Source of the DNA: Candidatus Magasanikbacteria bacterium CG10_big_fil_rev_8_21_14_0_10_36_32
GTDB taxonomy: Bacteria > Patescibacteriota > Patescibacteriia > Magasanikbacterales > GWA2-37-8
Assembly (NCBI GenBank): GCA_002778465.1
Contig: PFBV01000003.1
Span: forward strand, 87,736 to 151,735
Reading direction: 5' to 3'
Length of the DNA: 64,000 nucleotides
Shown here: piece by piece, positions 10,540 to 21,221 of the stretch
How positions within the stretch are numbered: position 1 is the stretch's first letter
How the letters are laid out: each line of letters begins with the position of its first letter
The notes under the pieces: generated by a model
Databases searched by the model: none
Told to the model about the DNA's origin: nothing
What the model saw: the letters and a program-made list of their open reading frames with translations, nothing else
Made by a program: the position numbers and the translations under genes

Positions 10540-11607
10540 ATGAAATCCGTTCTTTACAAAAAAATCAAAGAATGCAAGGGATGTTTATCTCATCTTCGAA
10601 TGTCCGAAGAAATAGCCACGCGCAAAAAAATAGACTCGCCTACCATGGTATTACTTGATGAATCACCTTTTGCTCAGGATCGCGACAGAATTCTAAAAAG
10701 TCAAGCTCTGCGTCGGCTGAGCGGTATTTGTCATGTTTTTCCATTACCCGACAATATCTATATCCGCAACCGGCTGACCCACACACTGGAAGTAGAAAGT
10801 GTCGCGGTCAAAATAGCTCATCTGCTCGGCATTAACGAAAAAATTTGCAGCGCGGCCGCTCTTGGCCACGATATCGGCCATACTCCATTCGGTCATGTCG
10901 GCGAAGATTTTATAACTGACATAACCGGACGTAAATTCCGGCACGAAGTTTTTTCAGTCATCGTCGCTCAGCAAGTGGAACGGCGTGGTCATGGTCTGAA
11001 TCTGACCAAACAAACGCTGGAAGGAATGTTTTATCACTCACGCGGCGGCGGAAAACTTTATTTGTCCAAAGTGCCAGAATATGATGTAGTGATGCTGGCC
11101 GACAAGCTGGCATACCTACTTATTTCTGACATTGAAGATATGTTCCGCTACGGCTATTTGCAATGCAAAAACTTTCCCGAATTGTCTAGAGTACTAAATT
11201 CGTTCGGCGCAAATCCGACTCAACGCATCAACACCTGTGTAGCACATCTTTGCTTGGAATCAGCAACTAAGGGTTATGTTTCTTTTTCTGATTCATCGGT
11301 CGCCCAACGGTTTGACGAACTCAAAGACTTGGCACATCTTGCTTACAAACGAATCAATCGCATTGATCGCAAACTTTGCCCGAAACACTTGGAAAGCGCC
11401 TATACCAATATCGCTCTGACCGTCAAAGATGTAGATCCGGCAATAGTTTTGGCATTGATGACCGACCAAGATGTAATAAAACTTTCACAAACCACTACCA
11501 ACACAAAAACGATAATCAAAACTATGCATTCTTTGCCTGTTTGGGAAATTATACAACCAATTCGCGGCAAGCGTATTGACTTCACCAAACCCAATCTGGA
11601 TTGGTAA
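10540..11607 (+). CDS. HD-domain dGTP triphosphohydrolase-like protein
   Basis: FAQDRDRI..S.ALRRL, RNRLTHTLEV, LGHDIGHTPFGH.GE, FRHE, ADKLAY motifs; SD AAGGAG at 10526-10531. Confidence 0.85.
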   Translation: MKSVLYKKIKECKGCLSHLRMSEEIATRKKIDSPTMVLLDESPFAQDRDRILKSQALRRLSGICHVFPLPDNIYIRNRLTHTLEVESVAVKIAHLLGINEKICSAAALGHDIGHTPFGHVGEDFITDITGRKFRHEVFSVIVAQQVERRGHGLNLTKQTLEGMFYHSRGGGKLYLSKVPEYDVVMLADKLAYLLISDIEDMFRYGYLQCKNFPELSRVLNSFGANPTQRINTCVAHLCLESATKGYVSFSDSSVAQRFDELKDLAHLAYKRINRIDRKLCPKHLESAYTNIALTVKDVDPAIVLALMTDQDVIKLSQTTTNTKTIIKTMHSLPVWEIIQPIRGKRIDFTKPNLDW

Positions 11608-11626
11608 TTAAATCCCCCGTTCTTTT

Positions 11627-11657
11627 AACCCCGTCGTTTGACGGGGTTTTTATTTTT
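11627..11657 (+). terminator. Intrinsic terminator preceded by boxA-like GTTCTTTTAA (11619-11628)
   Basis: AACCCCGTC-GTTT-GACGGGGTT followed by a T tract. Confidence 0.85.
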
Positions 11658-11713
11658 TACGTTTGACTTAAACCAATGTTTTAGCGTAAAATAATGATAA
11701 TACTCATTATTTT

Positions 11714-13129
11714 ATGAAACGTTTTGAACTGTTTTTTGCCCTCATTCAACTGCCTATTGACTACGCCATGCTGGTGTTAGCCGGTTTTACTGCTTACGCT
11801 TTGCGTTTTACCGAAACAGTTCAATCTATCCGTCCTGTTATCTTTGATTTAGTATGGTCCGCATATTGGCCGGCGTTATTTATTGTAGCATTAGGATGGC
11901 TGATAATTATGGCCGCTTCCGGACTTTATTCCATTAATCCAAACCGTAAACTGGCCGTTGAGTTGACCCGTGTTTTTTTTGCTTGCGCCGCCGGATTTGC
12001 CGCTATTACCATTTTCGTATTTTTCACTTTGCATAAATTTGACTCCAGATTCTTGGTTTTGGCCGGTTGGATATTTGCCGTTATTTATGTCAGTGTAAGC
12101 CGTATACTAATTCGGCTGATTAAAATATATTGTTATAAACATAACTTCGGACAAAGAAAAACAATTTTAATCGGACAACCGTCAGCAGTAGAACAATTAA
12201 AGAAAATTTTTATAAATCGCCCGAGTTTAGGTTATACTTTGCTTGGTGTTTATAATAATTTTAATGCAACCGCCGCCGAAATGATTTTACAAACAATGCC
12301 TGATGAAATAATTTTTGCCGATCCGCCGGTTAATGATGAAAATACTCTGCAAGCCGCTCATTTTGCCAACGAACATCATATCACTTTTAAATACTCAGCT
12401 GATTTTTTTGCCACCATTTCAACCAATCTGGCGGTTTCCACTGTCGGTGGAATTCCAATAATTGAAATACGGCGAACATCACTAACTGGCTGGGGAAGAA
12501 TTTTTAAAAGAATAATGGATATTATTTTCAGCTCTTTGTTAATTATTTTATTTTCACCTTTTTACTTAATAATCTCAATAATTATTTTATTGGAAACAGG
12601 ACGTCCGATTTTTTACAAAAATAAACGCGTCGGCCAAGCCGGAAAAAACTTTTTTGTGTTAAAATTCCGTTCTATGTATCAAAAAGATTGTACTGAACAA
12701 TCAGGACAAAATAATGGCCAAGCTTTATTAAAAGAAGAAGAATTAATAAAAGAACAAAGCATTAAAGATGGGCCTGTTTATAAAATAAAGAATGACCCAC
12801 GCATCACTGCTTTCGGACGATTGATTCGTAAATGGAGTTTGGATGAAATACCTCAATTCTTCAATGTTTTAAAAGGAGAAATGAGTTTAGTTGGACCACG
12901 CCCTCATCAACCGCGAGAAGTGGAAAAATATCAATCTTGGCAACGCAATGTGTTAACTATCAAACCGGGTATTACCGGCTTAGCTCAAATTTCCGGTCGA
13001 AGCGATCTGACTTTTGATGAAGAAGCGCGGTTGGATATTTTTTATATTGAACATTGGGGTTCGTTGATGGACAGCATAATTTTAATTAAAACACCATTTG
13101 TGGTACTAACAAAAAAAGGAGCATTATAA
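11714..13129 (+). CDS. Polyprenyl-phosphate sugar phosphotransferase (WbaP/WcaJ family)
   Basis: N-terminal TMs; KFRSM, DPRIT.FG..IRKWSLDEIPQFFNVLKGEMSLVGPRP, KPGITGLAQI. Confidence 0.93.
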   Translation: MKRFELFFALIQLPIDYAMLVLAGFTAYALRFTETVQSIRPVIFDLVWSAYWPALFIVALGWLIIMAASGLYSINPNRKLAVELTRVFFACAAGFAAITIFVFFTLHKFDSRFLVLAGWIFAVIYVSVSRILIRLIKIYCYKHNFGQRKTILIGQPSAVEQLKKIFINRPSLGYTLLGVYNNFNATAAEMILQTMPDEIIFADPPVNDENTLQAAHFANEHHITFKYSADFFATISTNLAVSTVGGIPIIEIRRTSLTGWGRIFKRIMDIIFSSLLIILFSPFYLIISIIILLETGRPIFYKNKRVGQAGKNFFVLKFRSMYQKDCTEQSGQNNGQALLKEEELIKEQSIKDGPVYKIKNDPRITAFGRLIRKWSLDEIPQFFNVLKGEMSLVGPRPHQPREVEKYQSWQRNVLTIKPGITGLAQISGRSDLTFDEEARLDIFYIEHWGSLMDSIILIKTPFVVLTKKGAL

Positions 13130-13132
13130 AAC

Positions 13133-14254
13133 ATGAAAATTGCTTTAGTACACGACTATTTATCACAAGATGGAGGGGCAGAACGAGTTCTTAAGGCCTT
13201 CCATGAAATTTGGCCGGAAGCGCCGATTTTTGTTTTATTTCACGATAAGAAAAAAATAAATTATTTAAACCCAGAAAATATCCGCCAATCATTCTTGTCA
13301 AAATTACCATTAGTTAAATCTCTATTCCAATGGTATTTACCATTAATGCCGGCCGCCACCGAACATCACCATTTAAAAAATTTTGATTTGGTTTTATCAT
13401 CCACCAGTGCTTTTGCTAAAGGCGTAATCACCGCTCCGGAAGCTTTACATGTTTCCTATTGCCACACTCCACCGCGATATCTGTGGGCCGATGCGCATGA
13501 TTATTTAGAAAATTTAAAACGGGGTTCGTTGATTAATGCTATATTAAATAACACAATTCATAAACTGCGGTTATGGGATAAAATGAGCGCGGACCGAGTT
13601 GATTACTTTATTGCTAATTCAAAAACCGTCCAACAACGCATTCAAAAATATTATCGCCGCTTAAGCGACGTGATTTATCCTCCGGCTGACACTGATAAAT
13701 TTTATATTTCTCCTAAAATAGAAAATTATTTCGTAGCTGGCGGACGACTTGTCCCGTATAAACGTCTAGATTTAACTGTAAAAGTATTTAACCGTTTAAA
13801 AATTCCGCTCAAAATATTCGGCACCGGTCCGGAATTGCCTTATCTCAAAAAAATAGCCAAACCAAATATTGAATTTTTAGGACGAATAAGCGAAGCTGAA
13901 AAAGCTCGACTATTAAGTCGCTCTTTGGCTTTTATTCATCCGCAACTTGAAGATTTTGGCATTACACCGATTGAAGCAATGGCTTCGGGAAGACCGGTAA
14001 TTGCTTACGGTGTTGGCGGAGCCACTGAAACTGTTATTCCCAATGAAACAGGCGTTTTTTTCCGCGAACAAACCTGGGAATCATTGTTGGATACTATCAT
14101 TAATTTTGAACCGCAAAATTGGGATAGCGCCAAAATACGCGAACACGCACTACAATTTTCTTTAGATAATTTTAAAAATAATATTCAAAAATACGTTTTA
14201 GACAGATATGAAGAATTTAAAAAAGGAATGAATCAAGAACCGTTGATAAAATAA
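13133..14254 (+). CDS. Glycosyltransferase family 4
   Basis: ALVHDYL..DGGAERV, YCHTPPRYLW, EDFGITPIEAMASG. Confidence 0.92.
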   Translation: MKIALVHDYLSQDGGAERVLKAFHEIWPEAPIFVLFHDKKKINYLNPENIRQSFLSKLPLVKSLFQWYLPLMPAATEHHHLKNFDLVLSSTSAFAKGVITAPEALHVSYCHTPPRYLWADAHDYLENLKRGSLINAILNNTIHKLRLWDKMSADRVDYFIANSKTVQQRIQKYYRRLSDVIYPPADTDKFYISPKIENYFVAGGRLVPYKRLDLTVKVFNRLKIPLKIFGTGPELPYLKKIAKPNIEFLGRISEAEKARLLSRSLAFIHPQLEDFGITPIEAMASGRPVIAYGVGGATETVIPNETGVFFREQTWESLLDTIINFEPQNWDSAKIREHALQFSLDNFKNNIQKYVLDRYEEFKKGMNQEPLIK

Positions 14255-14292
14255 TTTAAAAAATTTAAATTTGAATATAAAATAATACGATT

Positions 14293-15456
14293 ATGAATAT
14301 CGGCATTGATATTCGTCCAATGATGACCTCGCCGCGAACCGGGGTTGGCGAATACACATTTGAACTTCTTGACGCCGTGTTTAAAATTGACCAAAACAAT
14401 CAATATTTTTTGTATTACAACGCTTCCAAACAAACTTCAACCAATCTGCCAACTTGGAATCAACCCAATGTACATTATGTCATCACTCATTATCCAAATA
14501 AATTATTTAATAGCGCCATTAAATTATTAAGCCGACCACGACTGGACAAAATCATCTCTAAAAAATGCAACTTAACAAACGGCCTGGATTGTTTTTATTC
14601 ACCAAATTTAAATTTTGTTTCACTATCGTCAAAAACTAAATATATTTTAACCATACATGATTTATCTTTTGAATTTTTTCCAGAATTTTTTTCAAAAAAA
14701 CAAATATTATGGCATGGAGCGGTAAATCCCAAAAAACAATGCCAGCGCGCTGATACTATTTTAGCTCCGTCTGAAAATACCAAGCGTGATATTATGAATT
14801 ATTATAAAATTGAAGAAAAAAAAATAAAAGTGATTTATCCGGGTTTATCACCGATATTTAATTCAATCAACAATGAACAGCTGTCAACAAATAAGGAGTC
14901 GGTAAAACAAAAATATAACCTGCCGAATCACTATATTTTATTTTTAGGCACGATTGAACCGAGAAAAAATATTGTCGGACTAATTGAAGCTTTTGAAAAA
15001 GTTTATTCCAATTTGCCAATTCCCCACCATTTAATTATTGCCGGAGCCAACGGTTGGAGTAATAAAGAAATTTTCAATCGAGCCGCTTACTCTCCAATTA
15101 AAGATCATATAAAATTTATCGGTTATATAAATTCCGAAGATAAACCGGCTTTATATTCCAACGCCTCACTATTCATTTATCCCAGTTTTTACGAGGGCTT
15201 TGGTTTTCCGGCACTTGAAGCAATGGCAATGGGCGCGCCGGTAATTACTTCCAATCGTTCGTCGCTTTTAGAAGTAGCCGGCGATGCCGCATATTTGATA
15301 AATCCTCTGCAAACCAACTCAATAATTCAAGCAATTTTAGATATTTTAAACAAACCAGAATTAAGAGCGCGATTAATTAAAAAAGGCCGCGAACGGGCTC
15401 AATTATTTTCCTGGGAAAAAGCGGCTAAAGAATGGATTACAACAATTACTAATTAA
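14293..15456 (+). CDS. Glycosyltransferase family 4
   Basis: [26 protein letters not shown]. Confidence 0.92.
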   Translation: MNIGIDIRPMMTSPRTGVGEYTFELLDAVFKIDQNNQYFLYYNASKQTSTNLPTWNQPNVHYVITHYPNKLFNSAIKLLSRPRLDKIISKKCNLTNGLDCFYSPNLNFVSLSSKTKYILTIHDLSFEFFPEFFSKKQILWHGAVNPKKQCQRADTILAPSENTKRDIMNYYKIEEKKIKVIYPGLSPIFNSINNEQLSTNKESVKQKYNLPNHYILFLGTIEPRKNIVGLIEAFEKVYSNLPIPHHLIIAGANGWSNKEIFNRAAYSPIKDHIKFIGYINSEDKPALYSNASLFIYPSFYEGFGFPALEAMAMGAPVITSNRSSLLEVAGDAAYLINPLQTNSIIQAILDILNKPELRARLIKKGRERAQLFSWEKAAKEWITTITN

Positions 15457-15457
15457 T

Positions 15458-16597
15458 ATGCACATTGGAATAGACGCTAGAATGTACGGCTCAAAACAAG
15501 GCGGGCTTGGTCGTTACATTCAACAACTTATAAAACATCTTGAAAAAACAGACACGAAACATAATTTCGTAATTTTTTTACGTCAAGAAAACTGGCATGA
15601 ATATGAACCAGCCAATCATAATTTTAAAAAAGTTCTAGCTGATATTCCGTGGTACGGCTGGCGCGAACAACTGCTTTTGCCAAAAATTATCAAAAAAGAA
15701 AAAATTAATTTGATGCATTTTCCACATTGGAATATTCCTATTTTTTATAATCAACCTTTCGTGGTAACCATTCATGATTTGCTTCTACTCCATTATCCAA
15801 CTCGTAAAGCCAGTACTCTCAGTCCGATTTCTTATTTTTTAAAAAATATCGCCTTTCGTTTTGCTTTATGTCACGCCATAAAAAAATCAAAAAACATAAT
15901 CACTCCGTGTAAATTTACAAAAAATGATATCTTAAAACATTTTGATGTCCCTGCAAAAAAAATTAATGCCGTCCATCTGGGGATTTCTAATTTTCAAATA
16001 GATTCCCTACCTACCGACAAACAGGATTCAAATTCAACCAAAATAACAAAAAAATATAGCATCACTAAACCTTATATTTTATATGTTGGCGTTGCCTATC
16101 CGCATAAAAATTTAGAAGGATTAATGCGCGCTTGGAAAATTTTTGAAGAAAAATACAATGATAATTATCAGCTTATTTTGGCTGGCAAAAAAAATTATTT
16201 TTATAAACAATTAATACAAGATAAACAATTACAAAATAAAGACATAATTTTTACCGATTTTGTTCCTGACAACGAACTGCCGGAATTGTATAAAAATGCT
16301 TCACTTTACGCATTTCCCAGTTTTTATGAAGGTTTCGGTTTACCGCCATTAGAAGCCATGTCATATGATATACCGATTGCATCTTCGGACCGTTCTTGTT
16401 TGCCTGAAATTTTACAAAATGCGGCTATTTATTTTAATCCGGAAAAACCTGAAGAAATAGCCAAAATCTTACATTATCTATTGACTGATATTGCCACTCG
16501 CGATCGCTTAATTACCAACGGCCGACAATTAATTAAAAAATACTCTTGGGACAACACCGCCAAAAGAACTTTAGAAATATATCAAGATAGTGTATAA
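15458..16597 (+). CDS. Glycosyltransferase family 4
   Basis: [34 protein letters not shown]. Confidence 0.92.
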   Translation: MHIGIDARMYGSKQGGLGRYIQQLIKHLEKTDTKHNFVIFLRQENWHEYEPANHNFKKVLADIPWYGWREQLLLPKIIKKEKINLMHFPHWNIPIFYNQPFVVTIHDLLLLHYPTRKASTLSPISYFLKNIAFRFALCHAIKKSKNIITPCKFTKNDILKHFDVPAKKINAVHLGISNFQIDSLPTDKQDSNSTKITKKYSITKPYILYVGVAYPHKNLEGLMRAWKIFEEKYNDNYQLILAGKKNYFYKQLIQDKQLQNKDIIFTDFVPDNELPELYKNASLYAFPSFYEGFGLPPLEAMSYDIPIASSDRSCLPEILQNAAIYFNPEKPEEIAKILHYLLTDIATRDRLITNGRQLIKKYSWDNTAKRTLEIYQDSV

Positions 16598-16668
16598 TAT
16601 AGAGAGTAAACTTATTTTGTCTGAATTTTACTCAAACTTGATAAAAAAATAATTCTAATTTTCTGCTC

Positions 16669-19164
16669 ATGTCAGCGATAAAAAGACCACAATTGCGTTC
16701 CTGTACTTTTTGCCACAAGCCGGGACACAATAAAGCCACTTGCCCTGATTATAATTCCGCTCCAATATTGCCAGCCAAAAAACCGGCGGTCAAAGTTGTA
16801 ATTCACGGGCGAATACCATTCTCAACACAATCTCCTCACCTGCTTAATCTAAAAACTCAAAAAAATCCTTGGCTTAAAATTACTTCATCCTCTCCTGAAA
16901 AAAATACTTCTCTTTTTCAACATTATCACGAAGTAAAAGAAACAAAAAAAATTTTAAATAATCAATTTGAAAAAAAATTACCTTCTAATTTACCAAAAAT
17001 AAATTTGCGAAAAAAAATAAATAATTTACGTGACATTATAATAAAAAAATTAAAACGCAAATATAATTCTTCCGGATTAAATTTATCATCTGAACTTCCA
17101 AAAACAAAAAGAGAAAATAATTCCATAAAAAAAATAATCTCAAACTATTTAACTTCCTGGAAAACATCTGGGCGTCCGGCCTTTGTTTTGGCTATGGCAA
17201 TTTTAATATTTTTAGTTTTACCGATTCAAGCACACACCTTTTATCAAAATCTTAAGTCCACAACTCAAGCCGTGGCCGCTAATGGCACTGAAGGATTTTT
17301 AGCTCTCCAAGAATCAACCGCCGCCATAATGACAGCCGACTTGTCCGGGGCAGCGAACTCAACCAACAGCGCTTTAAATAAATTAAACAGTGCTGTTGAT
17401 ATTTTAAATACCAATCATAAATTACTTCTTAAAATTGCCTCCGTCGTGCCAATTGTCAGCCGAGAAGTACAAAGCCGGCAAAATATCATTACCGCCGGAC
17501 AAAAAATCGCACAAGGAAATTCCTTTTTAATTATGGGAATTAATTCCAGTCAAAAAAATCCTGAAGATTCATTAACACGGAGAATTTCCATTCTGACAAA
17601 ATATCTTCAAGTTGCCTTGCCTAATTATCAGGCTGCTTTAAAAGATTTAAGCAATATTGATTCAACAGTTTTACCACTGCAATACCAATCACTTTTTAAT
17701 GATTTTCGATTATTATTTGCCGGCGTTTTGAATGATTTGGATAATTTATCTGATTTGGGACAAACAATTCAAGAGGTTTTCGGAGGACAAGGTCTGCGTC
17801 GCTATCTTTTAATATTTCAAAATCCTCATGAAATTCGTCCAACCGGAGGTTTTATTGGAAGTTTCGCCATTATGGACATTAAGGATGGAAAAGTTACTAA
17901 TTTAGAAGTTCCAGCCGGAGGTTCATATGATTTACAAGGTCAACTTGATCAATTTGTTGAACCGCCAACACCATTGTTGTTAGCTAATAAACGTTGGGAA
18001 TTTCAAGACGCAAATTGGTTTCCTGATTTTCCGACCAGTGCTGAAAAAATGTTATGGTTTTATCGCCACTCTCGCCAATTAACCGCTGATGGCGTAATCG
18101 CTGTTAATGCAACCGTATTAGAACGGTTATTATCTATAATCGGTCCTGTAACAGATGAGGAACGTTCATTAACCCTGTCCGCCAATAATGCTATTGCCAC
18201 CATTCAAACAGTGGTGGAAGAAGGACCAGAAAAACAACAACGCAAACCTAAACAAATTTTAACCGATTTGGCCCCAAAACTTCTTCAACAAACAACTGAA
18301 ATCAAACCCGATCAGGCTTTGCCTTTGCTTTTAAGTATTTCAGAAGCTTTAAAACAAAAAGAAATTCAGGCTTATTTTACCGACAATGACGCTCAAAAAA
18401 CAGTGTCTTCTTTTGGTTGGGCCGGAAAAATTTTACAAACACGTGAAAATCAAGATTATCTTTTTATAGTTAACACTAATATCCGCGGGGAAAAAAGCGA
18501 TGCTGAAATTAAACAAACAATCAGTCATCAAGCGGTAATACAAGAAAATGGAGAAGTGATAAATATGGTAACAATCACTCGTGAACATTCCGGAATTCGC
18601 GGAGAAAAACTTTATGGAGCGACTAATATTGATTATCTAAGAATTTATGTGCCTGCAGGAAGTGAATTGATTTCAGTCAGCGGTTTTTCGTGGCCTGACG
18701 AAAAAACTTTTCGCGTGCCGGACAAGTGGACGACTAAAGATGAATTTATTCAAACTATTGAAAAAGAAATCAAAATTGACGACAATAGCGGCACTCGCGT
18801 CACTTCAGAATTTGGAAAAACCGCTTTCGGTAATTGGATTATTACGGAACCGGGTCAAATTTCTCAAATTCAATTTACCTACATCCTCCCTTTTAAAGTA
18901 TTCAACACTGAGGAAAATTTAAAATTATTATCATTTAAAAAAATATTGAATTCAACAAATCAATCCGCGCATTACCAATTGGCGGTTCAACGTCAATCTG
19001 GTGTGGAAACAAATTTTGATAGTCAAATAATTTTTCCAAATACATGGAAAACCACATGGAATGACGGAGAAAATTCTTTACCTGCTCTTAATGGTATGAC
19101 TATTACCGCTCATCCTTTAGAGTATGACGGAATTTGGAGTTTGTTAACACAAAAAGAAAAATAA
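16669..19164 (+). CDS. DUF4012-domain membrane protein with N-terminal CCHC zinc knuckle
   Basis: YLLIFQNPHEIRPTGGFIGS, DANWFPDFPTSA, DGVIAVN, YLRIYVP; N-terminal CTFCHKPGHNKATC. Confidence 0.8.
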   Translation: MSAIKRPQLRSCTFCHKPGHNKATCPDYNSAPILPAKKPAVKVVIHGRIPFSTQSPHLLNLKTQKNPWLKITSSSPEKNTSLFQHYHEVKETKKILNNQFEKKLPSNLPKINLRKKINNLRDIIIKKLKRKYNSSGLNLSSELPKTKRENNSIKKIISNYLTSWKTSGRPAFVLAMAILIFLVLPIQAHTFYQNLKSTTQAVAANGTEGFLALQESTAAIMTADLSGAANSTNSALNKLNSAVDILNTNHKLLLKIASVVPIVSREVQSRQNIITAGQKIAQGNSFLIMGINSSQKNPEDSLTRRISILTKYLQVALPNYQAALKDLSNIDSTVLPLQYQSLFNDFRLLFAGVLNDLDNLSDLGQTIQEVFGGQGLRRYLLIFQNPHEIRPTGGFIGSFAIMDIKDGKVTNLEVPAGGSYDLQGQLDQFVEPPTPLLLANKRWEFQDANWFPDFPTSAEKMLWFYRHSRQLTADGVIAVNATVLERLLSIIGPVTDEERSLTLSANNAIATIQTVVEEGPEKQQRKPKQILTDLAPKLLQQTTEIKPDQALPLLLSISEALKQKEIQAYFTDNDAQKTVSSFGWAGKILQTRENQDYLFIVNTNIRGEKSDAEIKQTISHQAVIQENGEVINMVTITREHSGIRGEKLYGATNIDYLRIYVPAGSELISVSGFSWPDEKTFRVPDKWTTKDEFIQTIEKEIKIDDNSGTRVTSEFGKTAFGNWIITEPGQISQIQFTYILPFKVFNTEENLKLLSFKKILNSTNQSAHYQLAVQRQSGVETNFDSQIIFPNTWKTTWNDGENSLPALNGMTITAHPLEYDGIWSLLTQKEK

Positions 19165-19230
19165 AAATTTAATTATAAAAATTTTCCGCCATCAAGCGGA
19201 ATTCCGCCAAAAGCGGTGAAAAAAAATATT

Positions 19231-21180
19231 ATGTCTACAGATTTTAACACTGAAGAAAAACCTGATTTTTCTTCTCAAACAATTGGCGAAACAAAAACTC
19301 CTGCCACAAAACCAAAACATCGCGTCAAAAATATTTCCGATGATGGACACGGACGAATCAAAACAAATAAAAAACAAAAAATTGACCAGCAAATAACCGC
19401 TATTTACGAAGATGCCAACGGAAAAATTCCAGATATGAAACAAATAGAAATTAAAAAAACGCATCCATTTATCCGTAATTTAACTATTTTTGTTTTAACC
19501 GCCGCAACCATGGCCGTAATCGCTTGGGTTGGTTTTTTTGTTTTACCCACTAATAATAAATTTTCCGAAATAAAATTGGTTTTGAAAATAGAAGGTCCTT
19601 CAGAAATTACCGTCGGCGCCACCACCACCTATTCAATTTCTTTTGCCAACGAACAAGATATTAGATTAAAAAATGCCGTTTTAACAATAACTTATCCTGA
19701 AGGTTTTGTGTTTATAGAAAGTTCAAAACCGGCAAATAATGCCGGACATACCGAATGGATGCTAGATGATTTATTGCCAAATTCCGAAGGTCAAATGACA
19801 ATTACAGGAAAAACATTCGGCACTTTAAATCAAGAATATTCATGGAGCACTTTTCTGACTTATCAACCAGTAAATTTTAATTCTGAAATGCAAAAAATAG
19901 CCACTTTAAAAATTAAAATTTCAGAATCTCCTTTCAGTATTGCTTTGACCGGCCCTGACAAAACTACCGTTGGTGAAAACGCTGAATATTTATTTACTGT
20001 TAAAAATTCTTCCGACTGGTGGCCGGAATCTTTAGAATTAATTCCGTCTTTACCAATTAATTTTTATCCCGCTTCTTCGTCTCCTGCTTTGAACAAAGAT
20101 AAAAAATGGATAATAAAAACAATAAAAAACAGCTCATCCACTTTAGTTGCTCAAACGGAATATAAATTTAAACTAATAGGAAAATTTAGTGATTTTGGTG
20201 GAACAGTAACTGAAAATTTAGTTGCTTTGTCAGCTGAATTATATATACCCGGAGCAGAAAAAAAATTCGCGGTAGCAAATGGGGAAATCAAAAGTGAATT
20301 AATTAAAAATAATTATAATTTCAGTTTAGCCATCAACGGCTCAATGACCGATCTAAACAGTCAGCCGGGTGATACACTAAATATAACCATTTATCTTAAA
20401 AATGACGGACAAGAAACAATAAAAAAAGGTGTACTAAAATTAATTTTAGATTCACCCTCATTAAACAGACGCACCGCTCTTGATTGGACCAATGTCAACG
20501 ATCCGTTAGATGGTCTTATTACCGGCGAACAAATAAATAACAACATCCGACGCGGCACAATTAAATGGACAGAAAAAGATTTGTCGACTTTGTCCAGCAT
20601 TAAACCGGGACAAGAAATAGGCATTGATTTGCAATTACCTATCCGCGACAGCAAAGTTTTTGATTTGGCCGAGTTGGTTGAATACCAAGTGAAAACTTTG
20701 GCTGAGATTAACTTTTTAGACAGTGCTGGAAAAACAAAAAGTCTCTCTGCCAATCCAATCAATATCACTTTAAATTCGGATTTCAAATTTGAATCACGCG
20801 ATAGTCAAACTGTTAAAAACGGAATTGAAAAACGCGACATAACTTGGGTGTTAACTAACACATTCCATCCATTAAAAAACATTGAGCTTTCGGCGGAATT
20901 ATTCGGCGATATCAATTTCTACAGTGCTTCTCCAACTCCGGCCGGCATTTTAAATTACGATCAGGATACTAAAAAAATAATCTGGACAATTGCCGAGATG
21001 CCTCTCAATCTTGATATTTTAGCTCTACCTTTCACAATCACCATTAATACAAAAAATCCTTCACAAAGCGCCTTAATTTCTAAAATTCATATTCGGGCTG
21101 AAGATAGTATTACTGGAAAAACTTTTGATTTTATGAGTGATGAAACTCCGCTGGAATATAATCCGGTTGTTCAACAATAA
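19231..21180 (+). CDS. Single-TM protein with tandem beta-sandwich (DUF11-like) extracellular domains
   Basis: One TM, then repeated 'GP....G...Y.I...N' Ig-like modules; ATG at 19231 preferred because the GTG at 19216 lies at the end of a hairpin repeat. Confidence 0.6.
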   Translation: MSTDFNTEEKPDFSSQTIGETKTPATKPKHRVKNISDDGHGRIKTNKKQKIDQQITAIYEDANGKIPDMKQIEIKKTHPFIRNLTIFVLTAATMAVIAWVGFFVLPTNNKFSEIKLVLKIEGPSEITVGATTTYSISFANEQDIRLKNAVLTITYPEGFVFIESSKPANNAGHTEWMLDDLLPNSEGQMTITGKTFGTLNQEYSWSTFLTYQPVNFNSEMQKIATLKIKISESPFSIALTGPDKTTVGENAEYLFTVKNSSDWWPESLELIPSLPINFYPASSSPALNKDKKWIIKTIKNSSSTLVAQTEYKFKLIGKFSDFGGTVTENLVALSAELYIPGAEKKFAVANGEIKSELIKNNYNFSLAINGSMTDLNSQPGDTLNITIYLKNDGQETIKKGVLKLILDSPSLNRRTALDWTNVNDPLDGLITGEQINNNIRRGTIKWTEKDLSTLSSIKPGQEIGIDLQLPIRDSKVFDLAELVEYQVKTLAEINFLDSAGKTKSLSANPINITLNSDFKFESRDSQTVKNGIEKRDITWVLTNTFHPLKNIELSAELFGDINFYSASPTPAGILNYDQDTKKIIWTIAEMPLNLDILALPFTITINTKNPSQSALISKIHIRAEDSITGKTFDFMSDETPLEYNPVVQQ

Positions 21181-21187
21181 AACAAAT

Positions 21188-21221
21188 AAAAAAAACTCCG
21201 ATGTAAAGCCGGAGTTTTTTT
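21188..21221. terminator. Bidirectional terminator
   Basis: AAAAAACTCCG-N9-CGGAGTTTTTT between convergent genes. Confidence 0.75.
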
